Of a stretch of 64,000 bases of DNA, positions 17,863 to 26,059 are shown one piece after another (the first letter of the stretch is position 1; every line of letters starts with the position of its first letter). Under the pieces are notes generated by a model. The model worked only from the letters and a program-made list of their open reading frames with translations. It had not been told where the DNA came from and made no database searches. Position numbers and translations under genes: made by a program. Origin of the DNA: Candidatus Thorarchaeota archaeon (GTDB lineage Archaea > Asgardarchaeota > Thorarchaeia > Thorarchaeales > Thorarchaeaceae); NCBI GenBank assembly GCA_016839605.1, contig JAEOTX010000044.1, forward strand, positions 1 to 64,000. Direction: 5' to 3'.

Positions 17863-19563
17863 TTGATCATCAAGACCTACCTGATACGAATATCCACAAG
17901 CCAAATCTTGGCAACATCAGAGTATTGGCCAATAGAGGTTCCTGAAGATGAGATTCGTGAGTTTTTGAGAACCAGGAGTGAGATTAAGGAATCCTCTCCT
18001 GATACTTTCACAGAGCTACCTCTAATTATTGATGACAACAAGTATATGGCAGCAGAAGTGGTCGATGACCTTCTCCTGGTCTTTGTAACGGACACGCGAG
18101 AAGATGAGCGAGGAATTACGGATAAGCTGCGAGACGGAGCAGCTGCTATCAAGAATCGCATAGCCCAGTCTAGCCTTGAAACCATGATTAATGAGTACGC
18201 TTTTGTCATTGAATCATCCATTATTACCAAATTGAAGATCGCCTTAGTGGGCGAGGGTGGTGTTGGAAAGACAACTACTCTGCACTTACTTCTTGGAGAC
18301 ACCCCGCCAACACAATATGTTCCTACTATTGCACTCAATTTGGAAACCGTGGAGAATATTCGTTTTGGCAATTACTCTCTAGTCCTGTGGGACTTCGCGG
18401 GACAGGAACGATTCAGAAAACTGTGGCGTTTCTATTTCCATGGTGCAGATGTGATATTCCTGGTTTGTGACTCATCACTTCGTAATGTTATCATCAGCAA
18501 GGACATTCTCAAGCTAATCCGAAGGGATGCGCCTAAAGTTCCGTTGTTTGGAATTGCGAATAAACAGGATAAGCCCAACGTAATGAAGCCTGAAGTTGTA
18601 CAGAAGATACTCGGAGTTCCCACATATCCAATGGTTGCTATAGACAAGAGCAGAAGGGATGAGATGCTTCGAATTCTCATGGACGCTGCTGCAGCCTATG
18701 TTGGTGTTGCTCTCCCTGATTTACCCGCCAGACAACTCCTCAGGTTTACTGACCAAGCCACGGAAGATGCTATTGCAGAGGTGGATGCGAGAGCTGCACG
18801 TCTGGAAGAAGATGAAGAGGTCTTTGAAGCCATAGAGGTCGTCGAGGAGATTTTTGTAGACGAAGATGGGCATGTAATTGAAGATGCAGACGACTACGAG
18901 ATCATTGAAGAAGTTGTTGAGGAAGTCGAAATTCCATTCGAAGATGATGAACCTGTAGAAGCTGACTTGATTGAAGAGGCGCCAGTTGAACTGCCAGACG
19001 AAGATGAACTCGCTGCAGAAGAGCCATTTGAGGAAGAGGTCAAAGAGGAAACACCGATTATTGTTGAACAACCTGCTATGGAATCTATTGAAGCCCCTGT
19101 TGAGGAAGAAGCGCCATCTGTCGAAGAAATTGAACTCGTAGAGGTTGAGACCGCAGGAACTGAAGAAGAACCGGTGAAAATTGCTACAGAAGCGCCCCCA
19201 ATAGAGGTAGAAGCCACCAACGAGGACAATGGGCGCCAAATGGCAATAGATCTCATCCATGAAGCGTTGGAAGCTGACGAGATAATTAGTGCTGAGATTG
19301 AAAAGGTTTCAAAAGAAGAGCTTGACACCGCATTGGAAGCATTCTCCCATGATGAAGTTCTTCCTGACGGAGAGGAAGAAGAATTTGACAAAGACCTAGA
19401 TGAAGAGTTGAAGAGAGAGCTGGACTTGATTTTTGATGCGTATGAACCTTCGAGATTAGAAGATGAGGATATCCCTCCCGTGGACATGGATACAATCCTA
19501 GAGATAGATACGATTCTAGGCGGGTCTTCTAAAGATGAATCAAAGAAGGAACCCGATGAGTAG
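17863..19563 (+). CDS. Arf-like small GTPase fused to an N-terminal longin-like domain and a long acidic C-terminal tail
   Basis: GEGGVGKT, PTIALN, WDFAGQERFRKLWRFYF, NKQD; about 120-aa N-terminal domain; about 270-aa Glu/Asp-rich tail. Confidence 0.85.
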   Translation: MIIKTYLIRISTSQILATSEYWPIEVPEDEIREFLRTRSEIKESSPDTFTELPLIIDDNKYMAAEVVDDLLLVFVTDTREDERGITDKLRDGAAAIKNRIAQSSLETMINEYAFVIESSIITKLKIALVGEGGVGKTTTLHLLLGDTPPTQYVPTIALNLETVENIRFGNYSLVLWDFAGQERFRKLWRFYFHGADVIFLVCDSSLRNVIISKDILKLIRRDAPKVPLFGIANKQDKPNVMKPEVVQKILGVPTYPMVAIDKSRRDEMLRILMDAAAAYVGVALPDLPARQLLRFTDQATEDAIAEVDARAARLEEDEEVFEAIEVVEEIFVDEDGHVIEDADDYEIIEEVVEEVEIPFEDDEPVEADLIEEAPVELPDEDELAAEEPFEEEVKEETPIIVEQPAMESIEAPVEEEAPSVEEIELVEVETAGTEEEPVKIATEAPPIEVEATNEDNGRQMAIDLIHEALEADEIISAEIEKVSKEELDTALEAFSHDEVLPDGEEEEFDKDLDEELKRELDLIFDAYEPSRLEDEDIPPVDMDTILEIDTILGGSSKDESKKEPDE

Positions 19564-19664
19564 AAGCTAGAATCTTCTTTCCGGACCGCACGTAAGACTC
19601 ATCTGTGACTATATACTCATCTCCATACATGTTCCAGAGCATCTGGAATTAACGAGGTTATCAT

Positions 19665-20024
19665 TTGAAGCTGAATGAAGTTGAGATTGGCAAGAATGTA
19701 TCTGACCTTGCAGTTCGAGTAGTTTCAGTTGCTCCTCCCCGGATTGTTAGAGCCAGAGGAGGCCGTAAGACTCAGCTCACGGAGGTCCTAGTAGCTGACC
19801 ACACAGGAACCACAATTCTAAGTCTATGGGGTTTTGGCCAAGGCGCTGCACTTTCTGCTGGATTGGTCATCAAGATCACTGATGGCTGGGCTAAGGAGTG
19901 GCAGGGCAAGATGCAGCTCTCACTCGGGCATTCTGGACGCTTTGAAATCATTGAAGACGATGAGTCCCTACCATCTATCTCGGGGCTCAGAAAAAGGGCG
20001 CCAAGTGACGAGATAAGCGAGTAG
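19665..20024 (+). CDS. Single-OB-fold ssDNA-binding protein (SSB/RPA-like)
   Basis: VRVVSV...VLVADHTGTTILSLWG...IKITDGWAKEWQGKMQLSLG OB fold. Confidence 0.85.
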   Translation: MKLNEVEIGKNVSDLAVRVVSVAPPRIVRARGGRKTQLTEVLVADHTGTTILSLWGFGQGAALSAGLVIKITDGWAKEWQGKMQLSLGHSGRFEIIEDDESLPSISGLRKRAPSDEISE

Positions 20025-20055
20025 GGCTTACTTGATGTCTTATGGTGATAGGAAG

Positions 20056-20550
20056 ATGACCCTAGCATATCTATCTGGTCCTATAATCCACGCCGAGGAC
20101 AGGCGTGACGATTTCTATAGAGTTGTCATTGATCTGCTAGAAGAGAATGGAGTTGAAGTATTTGCTCCTCAGTTTCTCCCACCTGTAAGTCCAGAGGAGA
20201 TCTATGAACGCGACGTTCGCAATGTGCGAGCCTGTGATTTCCTTGTCGCAGAAGTTTCTAGCTCTTCTCATGGTGTTGGAATGGAGATTATGCTGGCAGT
20301 AGAGTTATCCAAGCCAATCCTTCTATTCTTTGATTCCAGCTCGAGACGGCTATCAAAAATGGTTTCAGGGGCCCCTGGAAAAGCACTCTTCAATTACCTA
20401 GATATCGACGACGTAGCGCAAGTACTTGGGAGAATCGATTTAAAAAATCTCATCGTAGACGAGTGCCCGGTTTGTGATTCTCAAGTAGTTGAAGCAACAG
20501 AGGACCAACTTCGCTGCGTTTCATGTAACTCATTGACAACCAGAGTGTGA
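20056..20550 (+). CDS. Nucleoside 2-deoxyribosyltransferase/Rcl-like protein with C-terminal Zn ribbon
   Basis: YLSGPI, IYERDV...CDFLVAEVSSSSHGVGMEI; C-terminal CPVC...CVSC. Confidence 0.82.
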   Translation: MTLAYLSGPIIHAEDRRDDFYRVVIDLLEENGVEVFAPQFLPPVSPEEIYERDVRNVRACDFLVAEVSSSSHGVGMEIMLAVELSKPILLFFDSSSRRLSKMVSGAPGKALFNYLDIDDVAQVLGRIDLKNLIVDECPVCDSQVVEATEDQLRCVSCNSLTTRV

Positions 20551-20557
20551 CGTCAAA

Positions 20558-21535
20558 ATGGTGGAACAGCCTGAAAGTGAATCAAGTATCAGTTCACGTA
20601 CCTTGCTGCTCTTGGTTCTTGCTGTGTCAATGGTATCGAGTGCAAGCATATTCATCAGATTCAGTGAATCTCCCCCGCTTGTCATCGTCTTCTGGAGGAC
20701 GCTCTATGGGTCAATAGTAATGGCAAGTGTTGGTGCAATGAGAGGTGACCTCAAGGCTTTTCGAGGGCCTCAACTCAAAGCAACTTGGCTCTGGCTTGTC
20801 GCCATCGGCGTTGTGCTTTCTCTTCACTTCTCCACCTGGTTTACATCTTTGTTCATGACAACTGTGGCTGCCAGTGTAGTGCTTGTAAACGCCTCACCAA
20901 TCTTCACAGCCATCTTTTCTACATTGATTCTTGGAGAATCATTAAGAAGAAAATCATGGGTGGGCGTTCTAGTTGCTGTAGGAGGCGCCATTCTTCTCGC
21001 CTGGAATGATCTGATGTCTGTAGGTTTCGGTGCGCTTACTGGTGATGCTCTTGCTCTCCTCAGTGCTTTCTTCCTAGCGATTTACTTCATAGGCGGAAGG
21101 AGATATGCAGAGGGCCTACCAATAACGGTATACACCTCGATAGTCTATCTATCAGCGGCAATTGCCACTCTGCCTCTCTGCTTTTCAATGGGTCTGAACG
21201 TACTTGTCTTTGAGCCTCGTGAAGTCATCATATTCTTAGCCCTGGCCATCTTTCCTACAGCGCTTGGACATTCAGTCAACAACTACTTGCTTACCTTGGT
21301 TCCCGCCTACGTAATTTCCTCTGCTGTGCTAGGGGAGCCAATTGGTGCGACGTTATTGGCCGCTGTATTTCTCAGCGAAATACCTACAGGACTAACACTC
21401 ATTGGTTTTGGTGTAATTTTACTTGGAATTGCTCTTGTCTTAGCGGATATTGCCTCAAAAGAGCGCAGCAAAGACCTAACCCTTGATGACACCAATGGGA
21501 CGGAGTCTTATGGCTTTGGTGGCGATTCCAACTGA
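20558..21535 (+). CDS. DMT/EamA family transporter
   Basis: About 10 TM segments, LHFSTWFTSL...TTVA, GDALAL, LGHS, LGEPIGA; 3' end overlaps rtcB by 60 nt. Confidence 0.9.
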   Translation: MVEQPESESSISSRTLLLLVLAVSMVSSASIFIRFSESPPLVIVFWRTLYGSIVMASVGAMRGDLKAFRGPQLKATWLWLVAIGVVLSLHFSTWFTSLFMTTVAASVVLVNASPIFTAIFSTLILGESLRRKSWVGVLVAVGGAILLAWNDLMSVGFGALTGDALALLSAFFLAIYFIGGRRYAEGLPITVYTSIVYLSAAIATLPLCFSMGLNVLVFEPREVIIFLALAIFPTALGHSVNNYLLTLVPAYVISSAVLGEPIGATLLAAVFLSEIPTGLTLIGFGVILLGIALVLADIASKERSKDLTLDDTNGTESYGFGGDSN

Positions 21536-22921
21536 GTCGGAAACTCTGACAACCTCATCAACGTCCTTGTATGCCCCAGGTGCTTCTTCTGCAATCACAA
21601 TTCCTTTTGCAGCCTTTACAATAATGCCCTCACGCGCAAGACTGCTTTGAACCTCTTTCCCGTAGAACTGACGCTTTGCTCTACTTCTGCTCATGAAGCG
21701 GCCTGCTCCATGGGCTGTTGATCCAAATGTGAGTTCCATGCCCTTTGGATTCCCTAGAAGGATGTAGGATGCGGTTCCCATGGTGCCCGGTATCAGAACT
21801 GGCTGTCCTATGCTCTTATATTCCGATGGAGTTTCGGGGTGCTCTGCAGGAAACGCACGAGTTGCTCCCTTTCGGTGCACAACGACCTTTCTTCTCTGGC
21901 CCTCTATGTCATGCTCCTCTACTTTGCCCATGTTATGAGCAACATCATAAATCAGACGCATTTCCATGTCTTCTGGAGACTGTCCCATAATCTTTGAGAA
22001 GACTTCGCGTGTCCAATGCATCATAGTCTGCCTGTTGGCCCATGCAAAGTTGGCGGCTGCACTCATTGCACCGAGGTACGATTGTCCCTCCGGAGATGTT
22101 GTTGGTGCACAGCAGAGTTCTCTGTCTGGGACCTTGATATTGTACTTCACCATAGCCTGGGTCATTGTCTTGATGTAATCGCTACAGACTTGGTGGCCTA
22201 GACCTCTCGAGCCGCTATGGATCATGATTGTGACCTGTCCTTCTCGGGTTATTCCCATAGCTTTCGCAGCAGGCTCATCATAAATGGCATCAACAAGCTG
22301 TATCTCGAGAAAATGATTTCCGGAACCAAGTGTGCCTACTTGGCTTATCCCTCTCTTCTTCGCATGCTGTGACACTTTGGATGCATCTGCGATGTCGAGA
22401 TTCCCATCTGCTTCAGTATGCTTTAGATCTTCCTCCCAACCATACCCTTCTTCGACAGCCCAGGCAGCACCTTCGTTAAGGACTTCTTCAACACCTCTTA
22501 TTCCTGCAAGCTGGATCTTCCCGCTTCTACCTACACCGGTTGGCACCTCACGAAAGAGAGTGTCAATGAGCGATCTTACTTTTGGCCTGACATCCTTCTC
22601 ATCTAAATTGGTGGTCAGGACTCGGACTCCACAGTTGATATCATAACCCACGCCCCCCGGTGATATTACTCCCCGTTCATAGTCAGTAGCGGCGACGCCA
22701 CCAATTGGGAATCCGTATCCTTGATGGCCATCAGGCAGTATTGTGCTGTGAGAGTATATTCCAGGCAGACATGCAACGTTAGTTCCTTGTTCGAATGTCT
22801 TGTCCTGCTTCATCTTCTGGACAAGAGTACCAGAGGCATAGATTCTGACTGGTACCGTCATGCATGATTTTGTGCCCTGAGGAATCTCATACAGGTTCTC
22901 AGATAGCTTCTTGATATTCAC
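21476..22921 (-). CDS. rtcB: RNA-splicing ligase RtcB
   Basis: PDGHQGYGFPIGG, GYDINCG, GTLGSGNHFLE, HSGSRG, HRKGAT, HGAGR, EEAPGAYK; start set at GTG 22921 (VNIKK). Confidence 0.97.
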   Translation of the reverse strand: MNIKKLSENLYEIPQGTKSCMTVPVRIYASGTLVQKMKQDKTFEQGTNVACLPGIYSHSTILPDGHQGYGFPIGGVAATDYERGVISPGGVGYDINCGVRVLTTNLDEKDVRPKVRSLIDTLFREVPTGVGRSGKIQLAGIRGVEEVLNEGAAWAVEEGYGWEEDLKHTEADGNLDIADASKVSQHAKKRGISQVGTLGSGNHFLEIQLVDAIYDEPAAKAMGITREGQVTIMIHSGSRGLGHQVCSDYIKTMTQAMVKYNIKVPDRELCCAPTTSPEGQSYLGAMSAAANFAWANRQTMMHWTREVFSKIMGQSPEDMEMRLIYDVAHNMGKVEEHDIEGQRRKVVVHRKGATRAFPAEHPETPSEYKSIGQPVLIPGTMGTASYILLGNPKGMELTFGSTAHGAGRFMSRSRAKRQFYGKEVQSSLAREGIIVKAAKGIVIAEEAPGAYKDVDEVVRVSDSVGIATKAIRLRPIGVIKG

Positions 22922-23055
22922 GGCCTCTCTCTCCTGAATTGAATGAACCAATTTCTGATTGGTGCTATAAGGGTTGTGAAGCAGCCTTACAAGACATTTT
23001 ATTACAGGGCCATTCAGTAAGCACTTTGGGCCTATGGCCACAAATATCGGAGGCG

Positions 23056-24099
23056 ATGTACCAAGTGCAAAAAAAGCGACTGACTGCAATGGTTACTTCC
23101 CATGGATGAAGCTGTAAAGTCAAGCAAGGTGATCTAGATCGTCTTCTCGAGAAAACAGGTATTCTGGCGCTCGGCACCTCGTGTGCGAGTCAGATTGGAG
23201 ATGATGCTGTGGTTCGCGTTATCAACGATCAGGTGGCTATAGTCGAAAATGTCGATGTATTCACTCCTATTCATGATGACCCACACACACAGGGAGAGAT
23301 AGTGGCCTGCAATGCCACCAATGATGTCTTCGCGATGGGAGCGACTCAACTCATATCCCTTCAAGCTTTTATTGGCTATCCTAAAGAGATGGATGTGGAT
23401 ATCGCTGTTGGTGTTCTCCAAGGGATGAATGATTTCATGAAGCGCCACAACAGTAGTGTAAGTGGCGGCCAGACCATTACGAACCCCATCCCCGTATTCG
23501 GAGGAATCTGTCTTGGCGTTGCTCAGCCCCACGAAATCATCTACTCACATGGTGCCAAGCCTGGTAACAGAATTGTCTTGACGAAGCCACTAGGCATCCA
23601 ATCTGCAATGAGGTCGTACAGAGATCTTCAGGATGAGAAGCGTGATGCACTCTTGGCGGAGTTCAACGAAATAAATCTCCGCAAGATGCAGGAAACTGCT
23701 GTGAATATCATGACGTTTAGTAATCTTGAGGTAGCTGAGGCTATGAGAGAGGTTGGTGCTCTGGCGGCAACTGATGTCACAGGATTCGGTTTACTGGGTC
23801 ATGCTGGAAATGTTGCTACTAGAAGCGGTGTGGATATTCTAATTGATGAGATTCCGGTTATACATGGAAGTCTCGATCTAGCCGCCTTCTTTGGTCACAA
23901 GCTCAGACAGGGATTAGCAGCTGAAACCGCTGGAGGAATGCTAGTATTCCTCACTCCCGATAAGGTCGACAAGTTCTGTGACATATTAAGAGGGAAAGGG
24001 CTGCCATGCTGGACCATTGGCGAGACAGCAAAGCCTAAGGGAACGCCCGATGCCAAACTGGCTGAGGATGTACAGTTTATTGAGACTGGGTTCCCATGA
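23056..24099 (+). CDS. selD: Selenophosphate synthetase SelD, selenocysteine-containing (UGA at codon 18)
   Basis: Reading upstream of the track ORF (23209): ATG 23056 after GGAGG gives MYQVQKKRLTAMVTSHG-TGA-SCKV..., in frame with GDDA, DVFTPI, NDVFAMG, GGQT, TKPLG, TDVTGFGLLGH, ETAGG. Confidence 0.92.
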
Positions 24100-24142
24100 C
24101 AGCTTTCGAAAACCTCTGATGGGTTGAAAGCCGAGGACAACC
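24089..24142 (+). promoter_or_regulatory. Candidate SECIS element in the selD 3' UTR
   Basis: ATGA (includes the stop codon)-CA-GCTTTC-GAA-AACC-loop-GGTT-GAAAGC-C-GA: AUGA/GA core, upper helix, unpaired adenines and apical minihelix. Confidence 0.55.
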
Positions 24143-24297
24143 GTCGCGAGCGGCCAGTCTCCTCTTCTCCATTAATCTCAATGAGTGAGGATTAATAGGA
24201 GCGAAATGGAACATGCTGAGTAGAAGACGGCAAACCATTTAACACTCAGAGTTTTACACTGAAATCAACCCTCCGCAAGAACATAGGTGCAGTCGGC

Positions 24298-24999
24298 ATG
24301 AAGATTATCGTTACAGGGCCATACGAGTCTGGAAAAAGCCTAATTGTGAATCACATAACCGATGGCCAATGCATCAACATCGAACGTAGAGGCACAACAA
24401 TTGCTATGGATCATGGCATGGCCAATGTCGGTGGGCTCAGTGTGTTTCTGTTTGGAACTCCAGGTCTTCTCAGATTCAGAACCATCAGAAAGATCCTGAG
24501 CGAGGGTGCAGATGGCATAATCTTCGCGGTTGACTCCGCCGACCCAGAGTCGGATGCGAGAGCTAAACTGTTCTTCAGAGAGATTGCATTCTTTCTCCCA
24601 GGAGTCCCTTGTGTCGTGGCTGCGAATAAGCAGGATCTACCTGAAGCTCGCCCAGTGGACCAACTCAGGAATAACATGACATTTCTAGCTGGCCAAGCCG
24701 TAATTCCGTGCTCTGCAAAGACGGGTGAAAACGTCGACCGACTTCTAAGAACTCTTCTTTTCCTAACTATGATGCAGTGGAGTGGTGTCTTCTCTAAATT
24801 CGCTGAGCATAGTGGAGCAAAAGATGGGCTCAAACGACTGATGAAAGGGCTAAATGTCGGACGGGAACAAGCTGTTGGATATCTCCGGAGGTTTGAGCTC
24901 AGAAAGCTCCTGGAAGTCCAGATTGGCGATGAGCGATTTGAAGTCAAGGACACCGTGAGAGCTCTACTAGAGAATCCCAACTTGATTATGGCTCGATAA
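24298..24999 (+). CDS. MglA/CvnD-like small GTPase with C-terminal helical (wHTH-like) extension
   Basis: GPYESGKS, TTIAMDHG, FGTPGLLRF, NKQD, SAK. Confidence 0.85.
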   Translation: MKIIVTGPYESGKSLIVNHITDGQCINIERRGTTIAMDHGMANVGGLSVFLFGTPGLLRFRTIRKILSEGADGIIFAVDSADPESDARAKLFFREIAFFLPGVPCVVAANKQDLPEARPVDQLRNNMTFLAGQAVIPCSAKTGENVDRLLRTLLFLTMMQWSGVFSKFAEHSGAKDGLKRLMKGLNVGREQAVGYLRRFELRKLLEVQIGDERFEVKDTVRALLENPNLIMAR

Positions 25000-25064
25000 T
25001 AATACGCAGAAAGGCTCAAAAGAGAGAGAGTCCGCCACTTTCTTCACTTGAAGGTGTATCCCTC

Positions 25065-25928
25065 TTGAGCGACGAAGATACAGTACTTGATGATTTGGAC
25101 CCAGCTGACTTGTTGGAGCAGGGCAATGCAGCCCTTGAAGCTGGAGCAAAGGATGATGCTGCAAAGATATTCAATGCAGTAGGAAACATCTACATGTCAG
25201 TCGCTGAATATGAAGAGGCTCTCAACTGCTTCAAGGACTCATTGGATATCTATACCGAGCTCAAGGACCAGGCTGGAATCAGTGATGCTTTGTATAATCT
25301 TGGAGTTGCACAGATTAACCTTGAGCAATGGGATGAAGCTGCAAAGTCCTGTGAGAAAGCAATGAAGCTCTTCCAAAAGACTTCCAATGATGATGGAGCT
25401 GCCGACGCAATGTATGCCTTTGCGCTGGCAAAACACGGGCTTGGAGAGTTTGATCAAGCTCTGTCCTTCTTCAAGAAGGCTCAGAAAGCCTACAAAGCTG
25501 TTGACAATCAACAGGGCGTAGCCAGTACCATCATGGATGTTGGCAACGCTTATGCAGACAAAGAAGACTGGGTGCCAGCTGATAAGGAGTTTAAAAAGGC
25601 GCTCAAGATTTATCGCACGATTGATGACAAAGCAGGAATTGCTGACGCCCTCTCTCTGCTCGGAGATATTGCAGAGATGAATGGGAATCAGAAGAAGTCT
25701 GCAGAGCACTTTACAGAGGCAGCTCAAAACTACATGGAAGCAGAGATTTTCGATATCGCAAGAGAAGTAGTAGAGCGAGCTGAGCAGAAGCTCTGGGACA
25801 TTCCCAAATCCACTAGGCGTAGATTAAGAAGAGTGATTGACGATATAATCGATACATTGCCGGATGAGGAAGAACTAGAAGGCAAAGACGAGGACTTCGA
25901 TGAAGAACTGCTTGATTTCGCAGAATAA
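25065..25928 (+). CDS. Tetratricopeptide-repeat protein
   Basis: Repeated approximately 40-aa units (..DALYNLG, ..STIMDVG, ..DALSLLG); acidic tail. Confidence 0.88.
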   Translation: MSDEDTVLDDLDPADLLEQGNAALEAGAKDDAAKIFNAVGNIYMSVAEYEEALNCFKDSLDIYTELKDQAGISDALYNLGVAQINLEQWDEAAKSCEKAMKLFQKTSNDDGAADAMYAFALAKHGLGEFDQALSFFKKAQKAYKAVDNQQGVASTIMDVGNAYADKEDWVPADKEFKKALKIYRTIDDKAGIADALSLLGDIAEMNGNQKKSAEHFTEAAQNYMEAEIFDIAREVVERAEQKLWDIPKSTRRRLRRVIDDIIDTLPDEEELEGKDEDFDEELLDFAE

Positions 25929-26059
25929 TAGCCCGTTGCTTGTGTCATTGGAAAAATCTTCCAAAATTGTGCAATTTACAGCCACATGAATAAACACTAT
26001 ATGCTCCATTCAGATTGATTCTTCATTCAGAGATAGGAGTGCCTACATTGAATGATGGA

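Noticed and set aside
18721-19495. Antisense Ser/Phe-rich ORFs opposite the acidic GTPase tail (and poly-Val ORFs at 56133 and 58286)
   Set aside because: Shadows of GAA/GAG-rich or ACN-rich coding sequence on the other strand.
22922-23089. N-terminal extension of RtcB in the ORF track
   Set aside because: It lacks RtcB similarity and overlaps the divergent promoter and the true selD start; GTG 22921 has a purine-rich RBS.
23107-23109. selD as a pseudogene
   Set aside because: The stop is UGA exactly at the catalytic Cys/Sec position and the rest of the gene is intact.
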